Under the pieces are notes generated by a model that did not search any database, was not told the origin of the DNA, and saw only the letters and a list, made by a program, of their open reading frames with translations. A DNA stretch of 64,000 bases from a bacterium (GTDB taxonomy: Bacteria; UBA8248). The stretch lies in the NCBI GenBank assembly GCA_965261085.1, contig OZ253442.1, positions 2,976,001 through 3,040,000 of the forward strand, read 5' to 3'. Shown here one piece after another: positions 42,915-53,646 of the stretch. The position numbers and the translations under genes are program-made. Each line of letters begins with the position of its first letter. The first letter of the stretch is position 1.

Positions 42915-43001
42915 GTAGGGGAAGGTCGCGACCTGTCCCTATAGAAAACGAGGCAAGGACAGGCCAATGAAAACCGGGCGGACACATAGATCCGCCCCTA
43001 C
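42915..43001. repeat. GTAG-type REP doublet
   Basis: GTAGGGGAAGGTCGCGACCTGTCCCT ... GGGCGGACACATAGATCCGCCCCTAC. Confidence 0.8.
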
Positions 43002-43043
43002 AGCATAAAACCTGGATAGTTATATATCCACTCCCCCCCTTGA

Positions 43044-43606
43044 GGGTCAAACCCACCGATGAGGGGTTGTTGAAAAACCCCCGCAAGGGAAAAATGCCTG
43101 CGGCTCATTCGCCTCCCTGGCGCGTAATGCCTCCCTCGTCCCGAACAGGTCGCGCCTTTGGCCATTCACAAGAACGGCCCACTACAAGAGGCGGAGCAGT
43201 TTTGTTCGTCATTCCGGCAAAAGCCGGAATCCATGTGTTTTGCCTTTGTTTTTTATTTTCTGATTGATTCCCGCCAATGACGGGGAGATGAAAAGCCGGG
43301 GTATTGTCATTCCGCTCGAAAATGGATTCCGGCTTTCGCCGGAATGACGGCGGTGGTGAAATCCAACTGAGGAAGGAGGAATTCATCCGAGCGAGGAGGG
43401 CTTTTTCAACAGCCCCCTCATGGCGAAACTGCCTGCGGCGCATTCACGACCCTGGCGCGTAATACCTCCCTCATCCCGAGTAGGCGCGCTCACGCGCCGT
43501 ATCGAGGGAGAGCCGGGGCGCATCGGGAGCGCGCTCGGCAGTTCCTCCTTTTTCAGTCGGAACTGACCTTCGATACAAACGCTCCTTTCTCAGTCGCGTT
43601 TAACCT
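43044..43606. mobile_element. TIR family 2 element enclosing element C
   Basis: Left end GGGTCAAACCCACCGA; inverted copies TCAGTCGGAACTGACCT (43553-43569) and TCAGTCGCGTTTAACCT (43590-43606). Confidence 0.5.
43063..43416. mobile_element. Miniature inverted-repeat element, TIR family 1 (element C)
   Basis: GGGGTTGTTGAAAAACCC ... GGGCTTTTTCAACAGCCCC; a further right end GGGTTTTTCAACAGCCCC ends at 43697. Confidence 0.8.
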
Positions 43607-43702
43607 ACGGCGGCTACTTAGGGTGAGGGTCGATACGGTGGCCATGCAAGACGAGGGAAACGCGCTCGCTCCCGAAACCGGGTTTTTCAACAGCCCCTAG
43701 AT

Positions 43703-43859
43703 GGGGAGTCGAAGAAGCCGAGCGTTTTTTGCGCGAAGGCTGATTCGGTGGGGGGTGCTTCTTATTTCGTTGTATACACTTCTTGAAAATCATACCCCCC
43801 ACCAGTTCGCTTGCGGGCTTGCGCCCTTAGCTCACTGACTCCCCCTCAAGGGGGGAGTA
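43703..43859. repeat. Palindromic repeat of the CACTCCCCCCTTGAGGGGGAGT family (right portion)
   Basis: GGGGAGTC...GGTGGGGGGT ... ACCCCCCACC...GACTCCCCCTCAAGGGGGGAGT; the matching left arm CACTCCCCCCCTTGA is at 43029. Confidence 0.7.
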
Positions 43860-43944
43860 ATTATGGGGTTCCTATTTCCAATGCACCCACTCTACATTCC
43901 GGCATACGCAGGAATGACGGTGATTTATCTCGGTCGATTATAGA

Positions 43945-44050
43945 GCAAGGACAGGTCGCGACCTGTCCCTACAGAAAACGAGGCAAAGGGAAAAAAAACC
44001 GGGCGGACACATACGGACTTCCCCTCCTCGGGGAAGTCCGACACCCCTAC
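43945..44050. repeat. GTAG-type REP module, second copy
   Basis: AGGTCGCGACCTGTCCCTACAGAAAACGAGGCAA...AAAACCGGGCGGACACATA matches 42923-42989. Confidence 0.8.
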
Positions 44051-44089
44051 GAAAACGCAACATTCCCCCGCGCCTGTCGTCCTCGCGTA

Positions 44090-45406
44090 CTAGGCCCCCA
44101 TCTTTTTTTTGAGGAACGATTCCATGAGATACTTCACGGCGCGATCGAGCTGGGTGTCCTTTTTCTCCTCATCGGGGCTCTTCGCCGGGCCGGCTTGCGC
44201 GCCGCCCGGGGCGTCTCCTTTTGGCCCCTCTTTTTTCTCCATCTTACTGGGCAGATGACCGGGCAGGTCCTTTTCGCGCATCGCGCGCGCGATGCCGGAA
44301 TTGGTCGTTACTTCGCTGACGATGTCGGGCTCGATTCCCTCGCCCTGAATGCGCCTTCCCTTGGGCGTGAAATAAAGCGCGGTGGTCAGCCTCAGCCCCG
44401 AGCCGTCCGAGAGCGGAACCACGGTCTGCACCGAGCCTTTCCCGAACGTCTTGACGCCAACCAGCTTGGCTCTCTGTAAATCCTGGAGCGCGCCCGCCAC
44501 GATTTCAGACGCGCTGGCGCTTCCCGCGTTCACGAGCACCGCCATGGGAATCTCCCCGCCCGACGCCTCCTTCGTGGAGGTGAAGCGATGTTCCTGATTG
44601 GCCATGCGGCCCTTGGTGTAGACGATCAGGCTGCCCGCCGTAAGGAAAATGTCGGACACCGAAACCGCCTGGGAGAGAAGGCCGCCCGGATTGTTTCTCA
44701 AATCGAGCACCAGGGCCCTCGCGCCCTTATCCTCGAGCGAGGAGAGGGCTTCCTTCACCTCCCTGTTCGTGCCGCTCTGGAAGCTGCGGATGCGTATGTA
44801 GGCGATATCGTCGGGCAGCATCCGGCTTCTCACGCTCTTGACGCGGATGATCTCGCGCGTGATGGTGAACTCTATGGGTTCCTTCTCCCCTTTGCGCCTC
44901 ACCGTGATCTTCACCTTCGAGCCGGGCTTGCCCCGAAGCCTCTTGACGACTTCCTGGAGCGAAAGGTCCTTCGTCGGCTCCTTTTCGATGAGGATGATTA
45001 GATCGCCCGCCTGTACGCCGACCTTATACGCCGGGGTATCTTCGATGGGCGTCACCACGGTGAGCACGCCGTCTCGAATCGAAATCTCCACGCCCAGGCC
45101 ACCGAAGCGGCCCGTGGTTTCGACCTGCATCTCCTTGAAAAATTCGGGACTCAGGTAGGTCGTATGGGGGTCCAGCGTGCGGAGCATGCCCCGGATGGCG
45201 CCGCGAATGAGCTTCCTGGCGTCCACCTTGTTGACGTAATTCTCCTCCACCAGGCTCAGCACCTCGCTGAAGGCCCTCAGCTCCGAATACGCGCTCGTCT
45301 CGCTCGCAGACAGATTCGCAATAGGACTCACCACCATCCCCGCGACGAGCAGCGCCAAAACGCCCACCCAAATCATCCACCCGGACAAACGATATTTTTT
45401 CGACAT
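44090..45406 (-). CDS. ctpA: S41 family carboxyl-terminal processing protease
   Basis: LDPHT, FGGLGVEI, PDZ domain, DLRNNPGGLL, SASASEIVAGALQD, TFGKGSVQ. Confidence 0.92.
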   Translation of the reverse strand: MSKKYRLSGWMIWVGVLALLVAGMVVSPIANLSASETSAYSELRAFSEVLSLVEENYVNKVDARKLIRGAIRGMLRTLDPHTTYLSPEFFKEMQVETTGRFGGLGVEISIRDGVLTVVTPIEDTPAYKVGVQAGDLIILIEKEPTKDLSLQEVVKRLRGKPGSKVKITVRRKGEKEPIEFTITREIIRVKSVRSRMLPDDIAYIRIRSFQSGTNREVKEALSSLEDKGARALVLDLRNNPGGLLSQAVSVSDIFLTAGSLIVYTKGRMANQEHRFTSTKEASGGEIPMAVLVNAGSASASEIVAGALQDLQRAKLVGVKTFGKGSVQTVVPLSDGSGLRLTTALYFTPKGRRIQGEGIEPDIVSEVTTNSGIARAMREKDLPGHLPSKMEKKEGPKGDAPGGAQAGPAKSPDEEKKDTQLDRAVKYLMESFLKKKMGA

Positions 45407-45539
45407 CTCTCACTCCTTAGACGATGCGGCGCAAAAAAACGATTTTACTTCACGACACCCGAGAACGCCACACAAGAGCGTCGATTGGAATCGCAGGGGG
45501 GGGAATTCGGGGCCGGCGCGCACCGGGAATGGTTGAATT

Positions 45540-45585
45540 TCGATAAATATCGATAAATTCACGAGGTTTTTCGATAAATTCACGA
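45540..45585. repeat. Direct repeats TCGATAAAT(TCACGA)
   Basis: TCGATAAAT at 45540; TCGATAAATTCACGA at 45550 and 45571. Confidence 0.8.
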
Positions 45586-45734
45586 CGTATTTCCGTCAAT
45601 TTCCGGCTCCGCGCGGAGGCGCAACTCTCCCGCCGCCGGAAACATCGTGAGGATACACGGCCAAAGGCGGGTTCGCGCAGCGGCAAATGCGCGCATCTGC
45701 GGGCAAATGCGCGGGCCCTTTCACGAGAAACGAT

Positions 45735-47771
45735 TCACAGGATGTTTTTCGTGCGCTCCACGACCTTCTCCGCGGTGAGACCAAACTGCGAATAAATTTC
45801 TTTATAAGGAGCGCTCGCCCCAAAACGATCGATTCCAATCACAACGCCAGCCTCTCCCACCCACTCGCGCCAGCCCATGGTGGCGCCCGCCTCAATCGCC
45901 ACCCTCGCCTTCACCCCCGCCGGAAGAACGGAATCGCGATAGGAGGGAGATTGCTCCCTGAAAAGCTCCCAACTCGGCATGCTTACAACCCGGGCGTCTA
46001 TTCCATCAGTCGCCAATGCGTTTTGCGCCTCCATCGCGAGATGAACCTCCGAGCCCGTGGCTATCAAAACGGCTTGGGGCGAATCCCCTCTTTCAGGTGA
46101 GATGACATAGGCTCCCCGCGCCAGCGCATCTGCTTCGTTCTTCTCCGAACGCTCCAAGGTGGGTAAGCCCTGCCGGGTCAATACGAGCATGGTCGGACCT
46201 TCGAGACGCTCGATCGCCACTCGCCAGGCGACGGCGGTTTCGTTCGCATCGCATGGACGTATGATGGTGAGACCCGGCATGGCGCGAAGCGATGCGAGGT
46301 GCTCAATTGGTTGGTGGGTGGGACCATCCTCGCCCAAACCGATAGAATCGTGCGTCATCACATAGATGACGGGCAATTCCATCAGCGCCGCGAGGCGTAT
46401 GGCCGGGCGAGCGTAATCGGTAAACGTGAAGAACGTAGCCGTATATGGACGAACACCTCCGTGCAAGGCGATCCCCGAACTTGCAGCCCCCATGACGTGT
46501 TCTCTAATTCCCCAACAAATGTTGCGGCCGGCGTAATCTCCCCTGGCGAAATTCTCTGATTCTTCGATCAGCGAGTTGTTTGAAGCCGCCAAGTCCGCAC
46601 TCCCGCCAATAAGCCAGGGTATAGCGGAAGCGATCTTATTCAGCACCTTACCGGATGCCGCCCTCGTGGCGAGCGCCCCACCATCGACGTCGAACCGGGG
46701 AATACAACTCTCCCAGCCGGCAGGCGGCTTGCCTCCGAGCGCTTCCTGGAACTTCGCGGCCAACACTGGATTCTCCGATTTATATTTCGCAAACCGGCGA
46801 TTCCAATCTTCTTCAAGCGCGGCGCCACGGGAAACCGCCTCTCCCATGTGGGTGGACACCTCATCAGGCACGAGAAACGTCTCGCCCTCCGGCCAACCAT
46901 AGTTCTTTTTCGTGGCCTCGACTTCTTCATCCCCTAAGGGAGCGCCATGCGCGCGTGCAGTATCCTGATATCTTGGTGAGCCATACCCAATGTGCGAGCG
47001 AACGACGAGCAAAGACGGTCGCTCGGTCTCCGCCTTCGCCAGATTGAACGCACCGGAAATCCGGGATAAATCCTCCGCACTATCACCTAGATTCTGCACT
47101 TGCCAGTTGTACCCCTCAAAGCGCTTCACCACGTCATCGGAATAACTCAACGACGTTTCGCCGTCGATGGTGATGCGATTGTCGTCATAGACGCATATCA
47201 ATTTCCCAAGACCCAGATGTCCTGCCAGGGATGCCGCTTCATGGGAGGCGCCCTCCATGATATCGCCATCGCTCATGATCACGTATGTGTAGTGGTCCAC
47301 AACCGAATGGCCTGGCCGATTGAAAATGCTCGCCAGATGCGCCTCCGCCATCGCCATGCCCACCGCATTCATGAACCCCTGTCCCAGCGGGCCCGTGGTA
47401 GTCTCGACACCCGGCGTAAGCCCATATTCGGGATGCCCCGGCGTCTTGCTGCCCCACTGACGAAAGCGGATGATCTCATCGAGCGAAAGTTCATAACCGC
47501 TCAGATGGAGAACAGCATAAAGAAGCATGGAGGCATGACCACATGAGAGTACGAAACGGTCCCGGTCAAACCAGCCAGGATTTCGGGGATTGTAGCGCAG
47601 ATGGTTCATCCACAGTTCATACGCCAGTGGCGCCAGAGCCATTGGCGTACCCGGATGACCACTATTCGCCTCTTGCACCGCGTCCATCGAAAGTGTGCGT
47701 ATGGTGTGAATCGATCGTTCGGAGACCGTCATATCGGAAAACTTCTCTTTCTTTACTGAAAATTTTGTCAT
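45735..47771 (-). CDS. tkt: Transketolase
   Basis: [48 protein letters not shown]; start may be 47732. Confidence 0.97.
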   Translation of the reverse strand: MTKFSVKKEKFSDMTVSERSIHTIRTLSMDAVQEANSGHPGTPMALAPLAYELWMNHLRYNPRNPGWFDRDRFVLSCGHASMLLYAVLHLSGYELSLDEIIRFRQWGSKTPGHPEYGLTPGVETTTGPLGQGFMNAVGMAMAEAHLASIFNRPGHSVVDHYTYVIMSDGDIMEGASHEAASLAGHLGLGKLICVYDDNRITIDGETSLSYSDDVVKRFEGYNWQVQNLGDSAEDLSRISGAFNLAKAETERPSLLVVRSHIGYGSPRYQDTARAHGAPLGDEEVEATKKNYGWPEGETFLVPDEVSTHMGEAVSRGAALEEDWNRRFAKYKSENPVLAAKFQEALGGKPPAGWESCIPRFDVDGGALATRAASGKVLNKIASAIPWLIGGSADLAASNNSLIEESENFARGDYAGRNICWGIREHVMGAASSGIALHGGVRPYTATFFTFTDYARPAIRLAALMELPVIYVMTHDSIGLGEDGPTHQPIEHLASLRAMPGLTIIRPCDANETAVAWRVAIERLEGPTMLVLTRQGLPTLERSEKNEADALARGAYVISPERGDSPQAVLIATGSEVHLAMEAQNALATDGIDARVVSMPSWELFREQSPSYRDSVLPAGVKARVAIEAGATMGWREWVGEAGVVIGIDRFGASAPYKEIYSQFGLTAEKVVERTKNIL

Positions 47772-47883
47772 GCCAAATATGCTCGCTTACTGGGTGAACA
47801 AACTAAAAGAACCGGATCATGCGCATCATCCAGCATTCACATCCCGATACCTCAAGTAATCCATTCAATATACACGGATTGGG

Positions 47884-49071
47884 TTATACTTTCGCTTTGC
47901 GGCGCTGCAACGTTTCAAACCAACCTTCCAGAGTTTCCACAACTCTCTGGTCGGCAAGAGGGATAACCAGTTTCGACCGGTCTTTATCTTTTTCCGCGTC
48001 ATGACGCAACAGCGATGCGGCTGATTCTTCTACGTTTTGCTCAAGAACCGAAATTTTTTCCAATATCCATGGGGTGCTCTGCCCCATGACTTGCGCCTTT
48101 CGACACATATCCAGCGCTTGGGCGTCGTTTTCCTCTTCGACGTAGAGTTCAATCATCTTCCGGAGAACGGAGTCGACGACTTTTTCATCAACATCATCTT
48201 CTTCTCCTGGGTCGACACTGAACTCCCCCCTCTCATTCTCGGCTTCGGATACTTTATCCGTAGGGCTTGAGCCATCGTCTAAGTCTTCAAATGCGGCTGC
48301 AGACGTCTTGGCGCCACCTTCGTGTGTTTCCATTTTTTCGGGCGCGAAATCACCGGTCTTTGTTTCAGGGTACGCCTCTTGCTCACCTATTACTTCCCCT
48401 GCTATCAAATCAAGAGTCTCTTCCATTCCGCGGTAACCCCTAGAAGCATCAACATCCTCACCCTGCGATATTTGCTCTCGGATAGCAGTTAATCTCTCAT
48501 TCCATTCGACTTTAGCGGGATCAGACTCCAAAAGACGCGCATAGATGTCTCGCGCCTTACCCAGATGGCCCTGAGCCATATAAAGTTCAGCGAGAGCCGG
48601 TGTGGCCATTGTGTCCAATTTACCTTCAGGAGCAACCACTGGCGCACTATCAACACCGGAATCGGTCATCGTGCTCAGGGTCGCTACTTCATCGGCCTCA
48701 AACATATTGACTACCCTTAGCGCGACTTGCGTAGCCTCCTCATCACCCTTTCTCCGATTGCACTCGACCAAAAGGCGCTGGCCCGAAATATTCCAAGGAG
48801 CGATTTCAAGCGCTTTTCCAATAAAGCGGGCTGCTTGTTCATGTTCATCTTTCGAGATGAGGATTTCTCCAAGCAGAACACCTGCGGCTGCATAGTTGGG
48901 ATAGGTTGCAAGTCCACTTCTCAGGAGATTTTCAGCATGGTCTGCTTCGCCTTTTTCCCATAAGAGGGATGCCAAAGGGAAAAAAGCAGCCGAGGAGGGG
49001 TATTGCTGCAAACGTCCTTCTAAAGCTTTGATTCGGGCTTCTGGATTACTTAAGCGACGTATCATTGACAT
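47884..49071 (-). CDS. Tetratricopeptide repeat protein with acidic linker
   Basis: N-terminal TPRs, TPALAELYMAQGH, C-terminal LEGW helix. Confidence 0.75.
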   Translation of the reverse strand: MSMIRRLSNPEARIKALEGRLQQYPSSAAFFPLASLLWEKGEADHAENLLRSGLATYPNYAAAGVLLGEILISKDEHEQAARFIGKALEIAPWNISGQRLLVECNRRKGDEEATQVALRVVNMFEADEVATLSTMTDSGVDSAPVVAPEGKLDTMATPALAELYMAQGHLGKARDIYARLLESDPAKVEWNERLTAIREQISQGEDVDASRGYRGMEETLDLIAGEVIGEQEAYPETKTGDFAPEKMETHEGGAKTSAAAFEDLDDGSSPTDKVSEAENERGEFSVDPGEEDDVDEKVVDSVLRKMIELYVEEENDAQALDMCRKAQVMGQSTPWILEKISVLEQNVEESAASLLRHDAEKDKDRSKLVIPLADQRVVETLEGWFETLQRRKAKV

Positions 49072-49207
49072 CTAGTTCTCGGTGGGGAAACAAGGGCGCA
49101 TAATCATGTAAGGACAAATGCTAGCAAAGGGGGCCCTGTTCTGACAAGAGCGCATCTCTCCCACTATCATCCAAGCTCTTGTCTAAGCATGAGTTAGGGA
49201 TTCTGGT

Positions 49208-49642
49208 CTATTGTTCTGAATCGACGACGGCCAAGGCATTCACTTCGATGAGGCAGCGCGGATCCGTAGCCAGTTGAACCACCTGAACAGTGGTAGTAGT
49301 TGGTTTGTTGTCTCCAAAATACTCCGCCCATACTTGATTCAAAGAATTTTGCTCAGCCAAGTCAGTTACAAATCTGTTGGCGGAAACGACATCGCCAAAA
49401 TCACCGCCCACCGCCTCAAGACTTTTCTTCAAGTTCTCCAGCGCTGCCCTGGTCTGTCCCTCCATATCTCGGGGCATGGCATCAAACTCTTCCGGCCGAT
49501 GCGGGTGGTGATGATAGACGGGTGCCGCGGTTACCCCAGCCAGAAATACGAGGCTACCTCCTGTGATCTTGATGGCCGGCGCATAAGGCATCCACAGATC
49601 AGGAGCGTCCGGCCAATGAAGATGATCTACTTTTTTGTCCAT
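49208..49642 (-). CDS. RidA/YjgF family protein
   Basis: VFLAG, QTRAALENL, DVV, LIEVNALAV. Confidence 0.85.
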   Translation of the reverse strand: MDKKVDHLHWPDAPDLWMPYAPAIKITGGSLVFLAGVTAAPVYHHHPHRPEEFDAMPRDMEGQTRAALENLKKSLEAVGGDFGDVVSANRFVTDLAEQNSLNQVWAEYFGDNKPTTTTVQVVQLATDPRCLIEVNALAVVDSEQ

Positions 49643-49948
49643 TTCGATTTCCTTTCATATATCAAACAACCCAAACCCAAAAATTTTCGTCCAGCCCTGA
49701 AAACACTCCAAAATTTTCGAGCAATTCAAGTGAATTGTTAGAACAAAGAAATTTCTGATCAACATTTTGCACATTCAATTTCACATCATATCATCAGCGT
49801 ACAGGGCGATACCCCACAACGTTCAATAATTCCGGCATTCCATGCCACGACTAGAAACCCCAAATCTTTTGAATGTATTTACCCTCATCACAATCTATTC
49901 GATAATCATCAGCAGTACTTTTCTTCTCCGCATGCAAAAGGATACCCC

Positions 49949-50713
49949 GTGCCTACAAAACTACTGGTAAATAAGCGTGTCATCATCACAGGAGCATCAA
50001 CCGGCATCGGAGCCGCTATCGCCCACGAATACGCCAAAGCAGGAACTCACATATGGGGCGCAGGAGGCAGCGATCTGCAAGGGCTGCGAAGCACCATCAA
50101 TGCGTGTAAAAACCTTGGCGTAAACGCCGATGGAAAATGTTATGATTTATCTAAAGCCCGGATCACCGTTCAACTAATTCGTGATGGCGTCGAATTTCTG
50201 GGTGGGCTTGATATTTTGGTCTTTTGCGCGGGCACACGCGCCTTCAAACCCATTGTCGATATCACGGATGATGAAGTAGACCTCTTATTCGAAGTAAATG
50301 CAAAAGCTGCCTATATCGCATCCCGTGAAGCGGCAAAGGTAATGATTCCTCAGAAAAGCGGTTCTATTCTGATGATAGGCTCATCTGCCGGCCATCGAGG
50401 CAGAGCCGATACCAGTCTTTATTCGGTAACCAAGTCTGTGCTTCACCATCTCACGAAATGTCTGGCTCTAGAGTTAGGACCTCTGGGAATCCGCGTGAAC
50501 TGCCTGGCACCGGGCCTGGTTGCAAGCCCGCGCGTAAAGGCGAGGCTCGATGCAAAGCCTGAATATCTTCAGTCCAGACTAGAGGGCATTCCACTGCATC
50601 AACTTGGCACGGTTGGAAATATGGCGGCCACCGCACTATTTCTAGTCTCACCTGAAAATGAATTCATGAATGGCTCGATTGTGCTTTCAGATGGCGGCGT
50701 CACTGCAGGGTAG
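49949..50713 (+). CDS. SDR family oxidoreductase
   Basis: TGASTGIG, YSVTK, GIRVNCLAPG. Confidence 0.9.
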   Translation: MPTKLLVNKRVIITGASTGIGAAIAHEYAKAGTHIWGAGGSDLQGLRSTINACKNLGVNADGKCYDLSKARITVQLIRDGVEFLGGLDILVFCAGTRAFKPIVDITDDEVDLLFEVNAKAAYIASREAAKVMIPQKSGSILMIGSSAGHRGRADTSLYSVTKSVLHHLTKCLALELGPLGIRVNCLAPGLVASPRVKARLDAKPEYLQSRLEGIPLHQLGTVGNMAATALFLVSPENEFMNGSIVLSDGGVTAG

Positions 50714-50718
50714 AAACC

Positions 50719-52074
50719 ATGAACGATGTGATGATGAGAATTTCAAGAAAGAAATTTTATTTTCTTATGGCTTTAGTCTGCGTCTTCACTTTCTATCCGC
50801 ATGAAAATATCGCTGAAAGTGCAAAAACTCTCGTCACCCACCAAACATTCACCGCCTTAGTATCAAGCAGAACGAAGTGGTTATTGACAGCACCTACCGA
50901 AAAAGGCTCCTCCAAGACACACTCTACCCTGCTGGCCTTTACCATGGATGGCGATTTTCATCCCATCACCTTCAAGAAAATAGACGGAATATTTCGTGTG
51001 CAAGTGCAAGACCACCCCACCCCCTCCGACCTAGCTGCGAATGTTCCACCCACACAGTTACCAGATGGGAGTTTCGTCGGCGCAGGAAAAAGCGGAATGT
51101 TCATCAATGTCGACACTATCGATCGACGTTGGTTGTTCGTCTGGCCCAGCATTCGCCCTTCAATCCTATCGAAACCTGCCGTATTGGACCGAGGTAATGT
51201 AGCGATGGTCGGTGTGGATGGCTCCATACTTTTATTCCGCAAAATAGAAGGCAAATGGCTCCAAACTCAACTCATTAAAGCGAAAATTGCAAGAGCATTG
51301 CCAGATGCCGCCTTAACGACGGCTGATCTGGACGGAGATGGGCAAAAAGAACTCATCGTGCCAGCTGTACCATCAAAACGTTATGGGCATGCCGTGCTCG
51401 GCGACGATATCGAGCCCACAGAAATTCACGCATATCAATTCAAGAAAAAATCTCTCGAACTCATGGCCACATACACTGCAGGCAAAAATGGTGTTTTCGA
51501 AGCCATTGGCGCCCTCACCTCGGACTTGGACAAGGACGGGAAACAGGAAATCCTCGTCACTAGAAGCAACTACGACAGTGGGGCGACTCATCTCGTTTTA
51601 GGTATGAGAAACAACAAACTCGTCCTCAAAGCCCAAGGTGACGCTATCGGGGTGGGAAATCGCTGGTCGCATCTATTGGGCGCATTTAACATCGATGGCA
51701 GCGCCCCTAAAGTCCTAGCCGTTGAAACACCACATCTAGCAGGCTTTTTGCTGGCGCTGCGGCTTCATGGCAAACGACTCCGCGAGCGAGCTCGCATGGC
51801 TGGTTTCACTACGCATACAGTTGGCTCTCGAAACCTTTGGGAATTCACCTTGTTAAGACGTCGAGGCGTTGTGGAAGTCGTGATGCAAGAAGTCGGCCGG
51901 CAGCATTTGAGTGGGCTCTCACTCTTCGGAAATCGCTGGCACTTCCAATGGTCGCGACCTATACCCTCACCCGTTCACTCCAACATACTTACAGCAGATT
52001 TCAACCAAGACGCGAAAGACGACATCGCTTTCGTCGATCAATCCGGCCTCGTGCACATTTATTTATCCAAATAA
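50719..52074 (+). CDS. Secreted FG-GAP/VCBS repeat protein
   Basis: Signal-peptide-like N-terminus; DLDGDGQKE, DLDKDGKQE and DFNQDAKDD Ca-blade motifs. Confidence 0.75.
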   Translation: MNDVMMRISRKKFYFLMALVCVFTFYPHENIAESAKTLVTHQTFTALVSSRTKWLLTAPTEKGSSKTHSTLLAFTMDGDFHPITFKKIDGIFRVQVQDHPTPSDLAANVPPTQLPDGSFVGAGKSGMFINVDTIDRRWLFVWPSIRPSILSKPAVLDRGNVAMVGVDGSILLFRKIEGKWLQTQLIKAKIARALPDAALTTADLDGDGQKELIVPAVPSKRYGHAVLGDDIEPTEIHAYQFKKKSLELMATYTAGKNGVFEAIGALTSDLDKDGKQEILVTRSNYDSGATHLVLGMRNNKLVLKAQGDAIGVGNRWSHLLGAFNIDGSAPKVLAVETPHLAGFLLALRLHGKRLRERARMAGFTTHTVGSRNLWEFTLLRRRGVVEVVMQEVGRQHLSGLSLFGNRWHFQWSRPIPSPVHSNILTADFNQDAKDDIAFVDQSGLVHIYLSK

Positions 52075-52173
52075 ATCCTCATCGATACAATTCGAATACG
52101 GGAATCGATTTGAGCAACGTGACGTCCTCAAACAATCCAATTTAGAATGGCGCACGGCACTCTATTTATTTCC

Positions 52174-53472
<1,299 letters not shown>

Positions 53473-53646
53473 CTAAAACCATCTTCATGGCCGGTCCTTT
53501 AAGGTCGCCTAGGGTAGCCCATCTTGAGTGAAGGATAAAAGGTGGGAAAGAACTTTTGTGCTCCCATTTCATTGATCTTTGAACCATCAAATGATATCGC
53601 AATAGAAACTCTATTTGTTCCCAAAAATCAAAAGGAAAGTTGAGGG

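Noticed and set aside
43105-43443. Short ORFs inside elements A and C (for example WIPAFAGMT or MDSGFRRND peptides)
   Set aside because: These are translations of the GTCATTCC palindromes; there is no evidence that they are genes.
37240-44090. Repeat clusters as a CRISPR array or integron attC array
   Set aside because: There are no regularly spaced identical direct repeats with unique spacers, no attC core-site pairs around ORFs, and no cas or intI gene in the window.
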